From Massalongia carnosa (taxonomy: Eukaryota): DNA of 64,000 bases. The notes below the pieces were generated by a model. It searched no databases. It worked only from the letters and a program-made list of their open reading frames with translations, and had not been told where the DNA came from. Position numbers and translations under genes: made by a program. The first letter of the stretch is position 1, and each line of letters starts with the position of its first letter. The stretch spans positions 3,348,001 to 3,412,000 of the forward strand of contig OZ287068.1 of the NCBI GenBank assembly GCA_965645245.1, given 5' to 3'. Of this stretch, positions 14,107 to 27,338 are shown in pieces.

Positions 14107-14434
14107 AACGTTTAGATATGAAATGTCATTTTATGTAGGGTTTTGTGAACTTTCAAAATGTTAAGTGCTCATTCAGGTACTTTAAAGAATATGTATGATA
14201 AAGTAACTTGTGTGCATTACCATTAAGATGATATCAGTACTGATCGAGTAATAATATTATTTGTAAGCAGATTGTGTTCGTGGTGGCCGCCTTCTGCTCC
14301 TCCCTACTCTCCGCTCCAACTCTATAAACATCTCACTGTCCCCAACTTTACCCTACCTCAACCTTATTAGCCTGCCAAACCGCACTGATTCGTTTTCTCG
14401 AAGCAACTACTTTTGGCAAGTGGAATCACCAACC

Positions 14435-15612
14435 ATGGCTACTGAAAGACCCTCAACGCCACCACATGCAGCTTCTCATTCAGGCATTTTGGCTAGGACG
14501 CCCCTTACACCCGAGCAGGTGAAACGAGTTGTATGTCTGATGGAAATGACCAAAAGGCTTAGAATAACAAGGGGTTGTAGGAGGTAAATCGTCTCAAGGC
14601 AAAGGCCTTGCGAGATCAGCGTGAAGCCGAAGCCAGCAATATACAGTCTTCCTCGCTCAAACGATCTTCGAGCAACCTCGCTGCTGGTCAAAAGCGCATG
14701 CACTCTGCAATCTCTACATCAAAAACTCCAGGAACTTTACGGGATGGGCGAAGTACAGATCCTACTATAAACGGCGGATTTCGCCCTTTGGACGAAATCC
14801 AGCCGGCGAAGAATTTTACCAAGTTTGTCGAGTACGATTTTAGCAAGATGACAGACACGAAAGGCGGCTTCTTAACCATCGAGGATGATCCACATAACAA
14901 AGCCTTACATGCACCCAATGCGGATGAGAAGCCTACACACATGACGTTGAAGGAGTGGGAAAGACATCAGCTACTACGCTCGTTGCGAGAGCAGAAGGCT
15001 GGACCCTTCGAACCGGGCTTGAGCGTACTGAAGAAGGAAGCAAATAAAGAGTGCAGGGAATGCGGAAGCTGGGAAATCGACTGGAAATGGGACGAGGTCT
15101 TTGGCTGCGCTATATGCAACCCATGCAAGGAGAAGGTTCCGGACAAATACAGCTTGCTCACCAAGACCGAAGCTAGGGAAGATTATCTATTGACGGATCC
15201 GGAGCTGAAGGACTATGAGCTGCTTCCGCATCTCGAGAGACCAAACCCGCATAAATCGACGTGGAACAACATGATGCTCTATCTACGCTACCAGGTCGAG
15301 GAGTACGCATTCACCAAAAAGTGGGGATCAGCCGAAGCGCTGGACGAGGAGTTCGCGAAGCGTGAAACGGAGAAGAAAAAGCGGAAGGAAGATAAATTCA
15401 AGTCGAAACTACAGGAACTAAAGAAGAAGACACGCGTCGAAGCTTACCGGCGAAGCAAACAATCCGGAGGCGGTGGCGGTGCTTTTGGAGATGAGATTGG
15501 AAGAGGCGGAAAGCATACGCATGTATGGGGACGTGCTGTCGAGGGTGCCGATGGGGTTGGGGTTAAGACCTGCGTAGAATGCGGGATGGAAGTGGAAGAG
15601 CTGGAATTTTAG
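14435..15612 (+). CDS. RAD14: Nucleotide-excision-repair protein Rad14/XPA
   Basis: Exon 1 at 14435-14530, intron 14531-14580. YDFSKMTDTKGGF, C4 zinc finger CREC...CNPC, KYSLLTKTEAREDYLLTDPEL, NPHKSTW, and C-terminal HTHVWG...CVECG. Confidence 0.95.
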
Positions 15613-16791
15613 GATCTTTCAAAGATACCTGCTACACTTCTCCGTTCATCTTCACATGTGCAGAATCTCCTTTTTCCAGGCGCTTCAGGCTTCAAAAGTC
15701 TTAAGAAAGATATCCGTAGCTTGTCCGACACAGCTTTGGTTACACACAGGAACAGCGTTTATTTTCCAAGAAATTCAATCGCTGCATAGAACCGACTATG
15801 TTCGCCCCGTCCATGCGGCTTTGAGAGCTGGGGAGCTCACAACAATCGATAGTAAAAGCGCTACTAAGAGCGAAAGATGACTGCGAGGTCTGCGATAGCA
15901 CCAAGATTGCCGCACCTCGCCTGCCTGGTCAACACTTATCCGAGCGAATGGCTTCAGGCCTGGCTGCTCGTTATCTCGAACCACTACAGGCAGGACGAAA
16001 GGTTATGTGGAGAGCGTGCCTTGCAAGCTGACTAAAGCTCGTCTGGCATGGTTGGAAGGGTGCGAGGATAGACACTCAATGTAATCTATTCACGACGTCT
16101 TTTTAGAGGGATTGATATCCTTATGTAAAAGTACATTGGAGGAATTTGGGATATAAAGCAACTGGATGAAGAGAGGCGCTGTGGTGTACTCGGTACGATT
16201 TCATTGGTAATAATAATGCAGACTAATGTAGAGTAAGTTATGTGTTATGCCATGTTGATGAAACGTGTGACAAAACGTGTTACAAGTAGGTACTCCGATC
16301 TCGTACCTGTAGCTCCATACAGAGTACAGAGTACATTGTCTAGAGGTCTAGAGTAGTTACAAGGGGGGAAAAGGATCCAAGCTCAGCCCTAAGAAAGATG
16401 CTAGTGTGGGGACTTTCCTTTCGTAGCGCATCGTGACTTGATGAGCTCTGGTAACGCCAACGACTGCGAAAAGCCATCACGTTCCCATATCTACCTCAGC
16501 GCACACCAAGTGGTATTGCATTAACAGTCAGCGTATTTGGCTGAATTAAAGCGGTTCCAAGAGTCGAAGTCTCCGCACACTCCCAGCATTAAAGGCGTCC
16601 TTCTCCGAATCTGTTAACCATTTTTCGTTTCCACTACCACCGAAGCTTTGCCCTCTGTCATCGTCGACTTGAGGCCAAGGACATATCGTCCCTCCCATAG
16701 CGAGATCACTTTCTCAGCAAGGGAATACCCACAAGTACACGATTCTGGCGCCGGAATTGTGTCCGACTGTTGAGCGGAGCCAGAGGCGTAG

Positions 16792-19605
16792 ATGGCCTGG
16801 CAGAACTCAACAGCCATGGGGGGCAACGGGGGTGGGCCTGGGGGTGGAACTGAAGGTGGGAATACCGGAGGCCAGTCGCAAGGAACCGAATACACTTTGC
16901 AAGGTACGGATGATCACAGCCTCCTTTACCCTGAATGCAACCGCCCGCCGAGCGGAAACCTCGATTGAGCGGTAATGCTGAGATATTCTTGTGCAGGAGT
17001 AATGCGCTTTCTCCAAACCGAATGGCATCGACACGAGCGGGATCGCAATGCGTGGCAGATTGAACGGGCGGAGATGAAGTCGCGAATTGGAAAGCTCGAA
17101 GGGGACGGACGAACCAGTAAGCGCCTACAAGAATCTCTGGGTAAACACGTCAAAATCCTGGAAAACGCCTTGAAAAGGGAAAGAGAAAAAGCCAAAGCTC
17201 CCCCGATAGAGGAGCAGGCTGAAGATAAGAAAGAGGAGAGCGAGGAGACGAAGCCGAGTGCAGAAGTCCAGTCAAAACGTAGGCTTTAACTTTGGTTTGA
17301 TTGATTGCCGCTGACGGTGCGGTAGATCCACCGCCGAAACCTCGAAATTCATTCCTTGATATGGAGAATAATGAGGCTGCGCTGCCGGATTTAAAGCAAG
17401 ACACGGAGAGAGAAAAATCTCGAGTCTATCTAGGCAAATGCATACAAGAGGTTACTTATCACGTTGTGCTAACTACGAACTCTCAGCAGCAATATGCAGA
17501 AGATCAGGAGCAGCTACTACAAAACCACCATTACACCAACAATCAACATATTTCCCAACATCCATCCTTGGAAGAAGTTTATGTTCAACAGCGACAAAAG
17601 CAGCAGCAGAGCAGCATGGGGATATTAGGTCCGTCGCCATTACCCAATCACCAACCGCCACCTATACCTCGAACCTCAGAAATACCGCTGCTTTCGCGTG
17701 GATCCCAACAAACTGAACAAGCTTCGTTCATGTCGCGCAGCTTGCCTGAACGACAACCGCACCATCAAAACCCACCCCTAACGGCTTTAGACACCAGGAG
17801 TAAACCTCAATCAAGCTATGGGTTCCCTTCAGTTGTGGAATCCGTAGAAAAGGTGTCGCACAGCTACGATGCCTTTGGCCGACCTATACCGGCGAGGAAT
17901 GATGACGAAAACCCAAGGATATCAGAAGAGCCTGAAACAGCCGATTCGGATGGATGGAACTTTGATGACCCCCCGGATCCACTTCCTCCTGCAGATGAAC
18001 AGCCACCACCGGACTTTGCACCACCCCAAAGACCTGATACGGATATTTTCCCCAACGCTAACAACATGGCTCTCAAATCACCAACGCGGGGCGGGCCGGG
18101 TTCGCATCGGAGAAAGAGTTCGTTATCACGCCGGCGGCAGAGTGACGGATCCCATGAGCTGCGGGAGCTGACTACTTCGCAAAGCGGCGGTAGCATGAGA
18201 GGTGAGGCTGGGACATTCAAGGTTCGCTTTGCGTTGAGAGGTCATTTAGATGTCGTGCGATCCGTCATCTTCACCGGCGGAGGGAGTCCATCAGAACCAG
18301 AGATCTGTACCTGTGGAGATGACGGGGTGATTAAGAGATGGATTATCCCCGCCAGCTTTGGTGGTTATGGTGCCCATGGACCATCGTCGAGCAACGATTT
18401 GGATATCCCTAGCTACTTTACCCACAGAGGCCACAGCGGCGCTATCATGGCGTTAGCCGCATCGCCGGCATCGCAGAACTTTTCAAATGGAGGGAGAGCT
18501 CTTGGCGATGGCTGGGTCTTCTCCGGCGGGCAAGACGCTACCGTGCGGGTGTGGGAACGGGGCCGGGTGGATCCGAAAGCCACGCTAGATGGCCATACGG
18601 ATGCGGTATGGACTGTTTGCGTACTACCAGGATCATCTGCGTCGATACTTGGGGATCAATCTGTTCATCATGGCGGAGCGGATCGAATGGTGCTTGCGTC
18701 CGGTGCGGCAGATGGCACGATATTGATCTGGGCTGTCAGCACACCGCCTCAATCGGCATCTCCCCATACCGGCTCCAGAAGAGGGGTTGGAGGAAGTCGA
18801 AGGGCAAACTCTGTCTCATCGGGCTCGAACTTTCCTTCATCCCCACAGCCCAGCACAGCCACGTCGAGGCCTTTCAACTACTCCCTGGTTCATCGGATCG
18901 AGCGCACGGATCACCCGTCGCCAACATGCATATGTCCGCTCTCCATGTCCGGCGACACATTTGTCGTCTCGTTCGCAGACGCTTCTGTTCTGATTTACTG
19001 CACCCGTACCGGCGAGGAATTGGTCGGAATGGCAAGTCTCGTAACCTACGACGGGACCCCCGCCTCCGGTGTCAACGCCATAGCCGCTACAACGGTGGGC
19101 CTGGATGGCACGCTAAGCTTTGACGCAAGCAGAGGAGTGTCTGAAGACGAGAGCGTTGTGCACGGCGCCACCGGCTCCAGCAGCGGCCTTGAAGGCATGG
19201 TTTTAAGCGGGCATGAAGATCGTCATATTCGGTTCTTTGATGCCAACAGTGGTGTGTTTTCTTGAAAATACCTTCCATCACCGCTCCCCAACCCCCCCTC
19301 CCCCGCGTAAACCCATCCAAACTTCCTTGTTAATACCATAGCCAGGCCAATGCACGTACGACATGCTCGCCCACCCGTCCGCCATCTCCGCCCTCAGCCT
19401 CTCCCCCGAAGGCCGCGAACTCGTCTCGGCCGGCCACGACGCAAGCTTGCGCTTCTGGTCGCTTGAAAAACGCGCATGCACGCAGGAGATTGTCAGCCAT
19501 CGGCACATGCGAGGCGAGGGCGTGTGCGCTGTGGTTTGGAGCCAGGACGGACGGTGGGTGGTGAGTGGCGGTGGAGACGGGGTGGTTAAGATTTTCGCAC
19601 GCTGA
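16792..19605 (+). CDS. pro11: Striatin, STRIPAK scaffold (Pro11/HAM-3/Fsr1 orthologue)
   Basis: [33 protein letters not shown] striatin N-terminus, coiled coil, and C-terminal WD40 repeats ([27 protein letters not shown]). Three introns. Confidence 0.93.
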
Positions 19606-21527
19606 GGGTTGGGTAACAACTTATATTTGGGGGGATGTACAACTTAACAAGGCATGCGAAGAGGGATGCTGGTGAAGAGAGGAAGGAAGGAGGGAAGCAA
19701 GGGAGGGTAACGGGAAGATTCTTGTTCGTCATTTTGGGGGAGCATTAAAGGACCACCGCCGGGAGGTGGGGGGTTTGTTTTTCCGGTCTTTGCCGCGGAA
19801 AGCATACCTATGTAAATCTCACACCGTTTTTCCCATCCATTCATCTATCCATGACTTTCCATCGTCTTGTCTTTCTATCCGCGTCGATGTCTCTCCCGTC
19901 TCTTACATGCGTCTATCCTCTCTCGCGTCCGCACCGTCTCTCCAGCGTACCCCACTGATCTCCAGCGGAAATCCATTTCATCAGTCAGCCTCCATCCATC
20001 ATCATTAACCTTTCCCCATAAAAGGGGGAAAGTAGGAAGGATGAGGGTGGATGAGTGGGTGCGAAGGTTCTAGGAGAGGAGTGGAGTGGAGTGGAGGCAG
20101 GGTAGGGGCTAGAAAGACTCATCCCGGGAAGCGGAAGGAGAAGCGGAGTTTTTGGAAGTTAAGACACCCTCCCCTCCCCTCCCCCACCCCTCTCTTAGCT
20201 TTTCCTTTTCCCCTTTCCTTCCCCCCACCCTACCGTCCACCCATCCGTCCCTCAAATATGCGGAATCGGTCCTTTTTCCCCCTCCCCCCCCCGGGCAAGG
20301 ATGAAGAGGAGAAGGAGGAGAAAACGCATACATGCGAGCGATTGGACTTGGTTTTGGTAAAGGGAGGGGAAGAATGGAGGAGTGGACGGGTGGGTACACG
20401 TGGCAAAAAAAATGGTGCAGAAGAAGACGGAGGAGGACGAGGAAAAGGAGGAGAAAGCATGAGTGCTTAAAAACAGTGCGAAAAGAATCTTGTCTTTTTT
20501 TTTCGTCATAGAGTAACCAGAATCTTTTTAAATTCTCGTCCCTGTTTGCTAAAATGTACGTTAATGTAAAACACGCTGGTGGGGAATATTTCTTGTCAAT
20601 GCTGAGTAGCTTTTTCTGTGGCGGAAGGTATGTTATGGTAAACAAGCCAGATATTCTCGGGAAAATACGAAACACCCTACCCCTGCCGTTTCTATACCTT
20701 CCTGCTGTACGAAGTACATACAGAGCTAATTACTCCGTAAGCTTATGTACGGTACTAGTACCGAGTACCTCTCCCCGCACATCCCATCCCAACCGTGCGC
20801 CCCAACCCTCAATTACATAACTACTTACGGAGTAGTTATGTTGTACCCACCGCACCCCAAGCGACGAAAAAAAAAAAAAGCGTCCCTAGTCAATATGTTG
20901 GCAAAAGAAAGTTTCTCCACTGTCCCATGTATGTATGTAACGTTACTCCGTACCTATGCACAGAGTATACAGAGTAATGAGGAGGGGGGAGCGAGAATTG
21001 GTTACTGGTGAAGTGTGGGGAAAGGGGGACCAGGCACGTGCCAGGGTATGTAGAAGAGGGGTAGTTCGGGTAAAATTTCACCCGAATGTAACTTTTGTTC
21101 TTGGCCGGTATCCGTACGTGTGTATATGTGTATGTATATAGGTAGGGAAAAGGCCGACAAAGCCGTACGATAGATAACGGGGAGGACTTTTCCTTGGTAT
21201 ATATGATCAATGTGATATATAATGGCGAAATATATTCGTGAATGTTTCCTGACCTTTTGGAAGGGAATGGGGGAGGGGAACATTGGAGGAATCGCAAGCG
21301 GAATAAGTGCTCTAGGGGGTTTGGACTAGGTTGGGGCCGGGAGAATGGGGAATCAAGCAGTTGCAGGAGCATAAGAAGGAAAGACGTATATCCATAGGAT
21401 TATATACATTTGCCCGATGCTAGCTTCCCCCATTGGTATTTACCAATTACGCCAGGTAAATACGCCGATCATTACCCTTCCACCACCCATGCACTCATCA
21501 CGTACGTTCCACCCCCCCGTCAACGGC

Positions 21528-23016
21528 CTAAACCTCGGATTTAGACATCGGCGTCGGCGACCCAGAGGAATTCGAGCGAGCCGAGTGCAGCCGCTTCTTG
21601 CTCACAAGCCTCATGCCGCCAACGAACATGGCCAAGACCGCCAAGCCCAAAATGACCGCGAGCGTGACGATCGCGCCGATGACGCCCGCAACAGCCTTGG
21701 ACACGCCTCCTCCGCCAGACGATGACTTGGTGGCTGAAGCAGGCGAGGCCGCAACTGCGCAGACGCCGGTGGAGTTCCCACATGCTCGGCACCAGGACAC
21801 CTGGTCTTTGACGGCGAACTTGTTCATGCTATCGACGAACGTCGTCCACGGCAAGGTGGTCTCCTTCTGGCCGAAAAGCGGGAAAACCGTGGGTTCACTG
21901 CTAGCGGATGTCGTGCCGTTGTGAAAGAGGAAGCGGACCTTGATGTCCTCAGGTTTGGGGAACGGGGATGCGGCTCCGTCGGTGAGGAGCTCGAAAGTCA
22001 TGGACGAGGCGTAGTCAGGCACGCCGTAAAAGTCAGTGTTGACGGAGGGGAGTTGAGCGAGACCAAAAAAGGATTGAAAGTTGGCGTAGGCACCGAACTG
22101 AATGTTGAGTTTGCTCTTACCCGCAGTGTTGATGGTGTTGTTGAGGCCATCTAGGATTTCCCCAGCGAGGGTGGCGCCGGCGATGGCACGGATAGAGTCG
22201 CTTTGGTTGTATGCAAGGTTCCATTCGTGCAGATCGGCGAGCACACGCGATCGAAGGAACATCTCGTCCGTGAGAATATGGCCGGGGTCAAAGGTGGAAT
22301 TATGGATCTGGGCAACATTGATGAGATCCCAAACTAGACAGATATATTAGGCTGGAACCACTCTCTCAAGGGATAGGAGACAAACTGGTGTAGGCATTTC
22401 TGAACGAAATCTGGTCACCACTGTAGGTGTTTTCGACTAGAGGAGCCAGGGTTTTATAAAAGTCGGCGGTGCTAGCAAGAGTGTTCTTGTATTCAGACGA
22501 GGAGTAGAAGGCGTTGGAACTGATTTGAGCATTTGCGCAGTTGACCTGGCCTTGCAGCCATGCTGAATCCTCGCTCCCAGCACCGGCCTGCACCGTTTGA
22601 AGCGGGATGAGTTGGTAATTATCATTGGGGATAGTGACCACCGTCCCATTCCGTAAGGTTTCCGTTGCGAGCTTTGGGTTGGTATGGCCCACGGGAGGGT
22701 AGAGTCCTTGCAAGAAACCTGTCGCGGAATTTATCAAGACGGTATCCGCTGGCGCAGAAGCGGTGATTTGGGACTGCTTGACGAGGTCATGGTTGATTCC
22801 TACGATCTCGGAGTCGCCGGTTGCGTTCACATAACGGTCGCGGAAATAGGTACCGGATGTGAAGATTTCCTGATAGCCCAAGCCGGTAAGATTGGCCGGC
22901 GGCGTAGCCTTTGCTGTACGGTCACCATGGCGGGAGAAGATGTAGACACCCAAGATGGACTCTGCTTGAGAGAAAGGAAGTAGAAGAGAAAGATATACAA
23001 TCTGGGTTGAAAGCAT
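21528..23016 (-). CDS. Histidine acid phosphatase-family protein with signal peptide and C-terminal TM anchor
   Basis: MLSTQIVYLSLLLPFSQA signal and RHGDRT motif. One intron at about 22335-22385. TM segment VAGVIGAIVTLAVILGLAVLAMFVGG followed by a basic tail. Confidence 0.85.
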
Positions 23017-25162
23017 CTTGGCAACAGGGAGTGGCAATTGATAAAATAGGAGCAACAAGAACCATCCGAGTCAAATCAAAGCGACGCAACGACGAGGTTT
23101 TTATAAACCAAAAGCCAGTAGCCCACCAAAGCGCACCATGGCGGGGAGCTTATCGCCTCGTATTCATTAGGAAGAAAGTCCGTCTCCTCCAATGTGTCCA
23201 CGGTGCTTAGCGGTGCTCCAGGAGTTTTCATTAAGCTGCATCTGGAAGGCTAAAGCGCAAGTATCGGCAATACGCTTCTCAGGCATTAATCATCGGCTAT
23301 CATCTTCGATCATGAAGGGCTGTCGAGAGCCTAGAATGACAAAGGGCGCTACCGAGTACAATAAGGGAGCAGTCTTGAATAAGGTAACCACCCTCCGGAC
23401 CGAACGGAGTTGATATTCCGCCAATGCATCTAAGGCTCACCAAAGCTGGACTAAAGCTTGAATCAACCACACACTGATCTGTAGCGGCATGTGGCAAAGA
23501 AGAAATGGCCGGTGTTGACCACACAGAGTACAAACATGGCCCTTCTTCCAGCGTAAGATGGTAGTCTAACCCAACTCCAGACCAACTTTGAGAGTCCACA
23601 GAGGTTCAAAGGCTGATTGGAGATAACTCAGGGGTGTTTGAGTAAATCGAGAGAGATCGGCTAGAAACCCTCCATCAACTTGGAAGCGTTTATTGGACGG
23701 CTTCTGTGAAGGTTGCACGACTACGGAGTAAAGGATGTAGCAATGCACTTGCTGTCATTAAAGATCCCCGAGATAAGGAACGCCCCTCATGATACTATGA
23801 CATTATTCTTTACAGAGTACACAGCACGGAGTACTTTGTCCAGTATGGGGTCTGTCGCGGCGTTGAAGAGAAAGCAGCGAGCGACCCCGAAACTCGAGCA
23901 AGGCAAAGCACGCGGTTGCTTGAACAACCGATGAAACTCTGACGTCGCCTACAGCTTGATGCTTTTATCGAAGTGCAAATATAAGTCATTCGAAGAAAAG
24001 GTCTGGGTGGGAAGATGGGTTGCGTTCAATACTTGGACCCAGAAGTAACTACTCTAGCCGAGACCACTTCGGTACAAAACTCGGATGATTATGATTTGCT
24101 TTTTACTTGGTACAGAATACAGAGTACTTCGTACAGAACAGAGTACGGACGTGTTTCGTTCTCTGCACCTCTTACAGAGTAGCTCCGAGCGTACGGGGTT
24201 AGACTTGGGGTTAACTATGCAGGTGATGGACCAGACCATCGGTTGTTGCTCGGTTCACAATTGGGGTCACCGGAGCCAGCCACCAACCACTTACCCCAGG
24301 AACCCCCCTTCCCGCCCTAGATTTTGACACCTTGACATCTTGGAGAAGATAAGCTTTGCTGATTCAACCGAAAGGAAGGGTCTTTGCCTCCTCGGACAGG
24401 GGCCAATGTGATTGCATTGGCCGATGGAGTCGGGCTGGCTCAAGCAGGGCCTTGCGAGGCAGGAAAGACTGCCGAGACTTTGTGAAGCTAGGGTTCTTCA
24501 GAACGAGCAGCCAAGTGGCAGCCAACTGCCACTTCAATCAGTTTGCCACACCACGATGATCTAAGGGGTGGCAAGGCACTTAAAAAGCAATGGACATTCA
24601 GCGCCGCATAACAAATTTACGAGCTCGATTGATGGATGTACACAGTATGGTTGCCGGAATTCATTTATTAGCATAATAGGTTCGATTCCTGTTAGCGCTG
24701 GCCCAGTGGTGGGATGGCATTTTTGTTTTCTTGTATAATTGAGGAGAGGTATGATATCTAGCGATTTAGCTACGAGTAACGAGTAACGGAGTACAGAGTA
24801 CAGAGTACAGAGTATGATGCTCCGGACCCAGTTAATGCAGGATCATCAGCTACTTCATCATACCAATAAATGATGAATAGCTTCAATGCTTCATCAAATC
24901 CATGAGCAGAATTTATTCGATATAGCTAAAAGCTTTGGCAACCCAAACTGCGTATAATCGATGCAAAATTACAATAAAATCGCTAGATAGGTTGTGCACT
25001 ATAGAGTAAGACTTGTTTTGATAGCTTAGCGTTGTAGCTTAAGAAGCTAGTAATTAATTACATACAGTCATAGTAGATAGGTATCTGCAACTCAAACTTG
25101 AAAGTGTAAAAATCCCAAGGGCTGTTCCTTCGTGCGTGATTTCCACTTGGAAGGCCTCTGAC

Positions 25163-26207
25163 ATGGCGCCGCAAAGCAGAGGAAGATCGGCTTCATACTC
25201 TCTGGGTACTTCTCCTGCCCACGTACCACCGCTGCAAGCCTTTCACCTACCGCCCGAGGGTGCATCGGAGTCAAAGGACACCACTCCAAGAGCGCTCAAT
25301 GGGCGAAACCATCAATCGTTAAGCTCTACATCCCTGGATGGAGATGTGGACGAGGAGGAGGACGATGCGGACTTCCAATCGCATTACTCCTTAGATGCAC
25401 AATCTTCGTCGGAATCGTCGGAATCCGGATCAGATCATGGCGATGAGCTTCCAAAGCGGAGGCCGTTCCTTCGTCATTCAAATTCGTCCTTCCTCGGTGC
25501 CAACGCCTTCGCTCCTCCCTTCTACAACCGACCGCCAACGCCTCTCCCCCCTTCCCCTTCCCTGACCTCTCTTCTGCGCCCATCATTTTCGACCAACACT
25601 TCCAGACCAACCACTCCGGATAGCTCAGAAAACGATACGCCAAATGACACTGAAGCAGCGGTTGCCAAGTCTGCGCGGACCGCCACAACGGTGCCCAGGG
25701 CAAGCCCCAAAGTTCCAACTTACGAATATTATGGATTCGTGCTATATCTTTTATCCTCATTGGCCTTCCGTAAGCGGGTGTCCTCTCCAAAAGGTTGAAG
25801 TGCTGATAATAACAGTGATGTATCTTTTGTGGTCATACCTCCCGTCGCCATTTCTCCATCAGCTTGGCATCCATTATTACCCAGACCGTTGGTGGTCATT
25901 AGCTATTCCTTCCTTCCTCGTCATCTGCCTTGTTTATATCTACGTTGCGCTTACTTCATACAACATTGAATACTTGACTTTGCCCATGACTAGCATAGAG
26001 AACATCGTTGACGATGCAGCAGACATTGCGACGCTAAATCATCAGGGGAAAATAAGGGGTAGGGGCAGTGGGGAAGAAACTGTCTTCCTATTTCAAGATG
26101 CCATGGGCATCGAGTGGAAAAATCTATGGATTGAAGGAACCGACGCTGTGATGGATGTTCCAGTAGGCGGTGTATGTGAAATCCTTTATGGACGAAGTTA
26201 TAACTGA
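25163..26207 (+). CDS. GPI19: GPI-GlcNAc transferase subunit PIG-P/Gpi19
   Basis: YEYYGFVLYLLSSLAF, intron about 25770-25816, then MYLLWSYLPSPFLHQLGIHYYPDRWWSLAIP and DAVMDVPVGGVCEILY. These are PIG-P motifs. Confidence 0.88.
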
Positions 26208-26912
26208 AACCCCATGGTCGATTTGAGGTATACGCTCCAAAAACGCAAACCCGTGATGGCTTGTGGTATATGTGATAATCCTCTTCGAGAATATTGAGCT
26301 GGGCCTTGCTTGAACATGGTTCCCATCGAGTTACTGGAACGGAAGTATCAGTGCTCTCGGAGCACAGAAGAACAGTCGGACAGAGCTCAAGAACTTCAGA
26401 AGATAACTTTCTATGAAAAAATAGACTACTCGAGATCATTTTGAACTGCTAATCAATACCCCAATGTTCGGATGCAGCACTAGCTTGCTTAAATCTCAAC
26501 TAAGCGCCATCTTCTAAAACAGTTCTGTTGTGACGGACTTGAAGGATGTGTGCATCAACATGTCCTCTCGATAGTGAATGCATGTCTCAATATCCGGAAC
26601 TACATATCATAAAAAGTGATCTATCAACTCAGGCTACGTGGATGTTCGGACTGGTGCACGGGAAACCTCTTGATATGGAACACTTAGCAATATTTTTGAC
26701 CTAAGAGAGGTGTGGAGGCAGATCTTCTAAGGTTGCTCTCGATAATTTACCCATTTCATTATATATAGAACGGCTCCTCCGGCCTCAAAAAGATTATTGA
26801 GCCAAAAAAAATGAGTCACAGGCCGCCTAACAAAGCTTCATCCTACCCCTCGAAAATAAAACTCATTGCTAGTGCTTTTTCGCTATAATTAGATTTCCTT
26901 CCCTGCTTCCTA

Positions 26913-27338
26913 CTATTCATCGGCGTTCATTCCGGTGTGCTCCCAGTGCATAATGTGTCCCAGCAGGCCCTTGTGATGGATCTTATTCCCAGCTTCATCA
27001 AACTCCCCCGGTCTCCGCGGAGTCACCTCTTCTTCCTTAGAGGCTGCTACAGTTCCATGTGATTTCCTGTCATAAACTTGGGCTTGCGAGTATGAAACAC
27101 CTTGTTGCTGAGATCGATCCTCAAGGTGGCAGGTTGGGGGGTTGTCACCTAGATCGGAATGTGAGATGTGCCCGCAACGATTTTGAAAGAATACTGGGAA
27201 GACGGTTCGAAAAGACCGACCGGCAAACTGTCCATTGCATTTTGCTTTGGCAGAACATGCCCGGGTATGGGTCGTGGGCTTGTTCGCGGCCGTTGGAGGG
27301 AGGCGAGCGTCTAGTTTTGCTTGTGTGATTTCTGCCAT
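26913..27338 (-). CDS. Possible small hypothetical protein
   Basis: ATG in AAAATGG context and about 141 codons of protein-like composition. No recognised domain. Confidence 0.3.
   Translation of the reverse strand: MAEITQAKLDARLPPTAANKPTTHTRACSAKAKCNGQFAGRSFRTVFPVFFQNRCGHISHSDLGDNPPTCHLEDRSQQQGVSYSQAQVYDRKSHGTVAASKEEEVTPRRPGEFDEAGNKIHHKGLLGHIMHWEHTGMNADE

Noticed and set aside
19640..21420. Many overlapping short ORFs
   Set aside because: Low-complexity intergenic or UTR sequence between convergent genes.
24670..24700. tRNA T-arm-like AGGTTCGATTCCT
   Set aside because: No acceptor stem, D-arm or anticodon arm could be folded around it.
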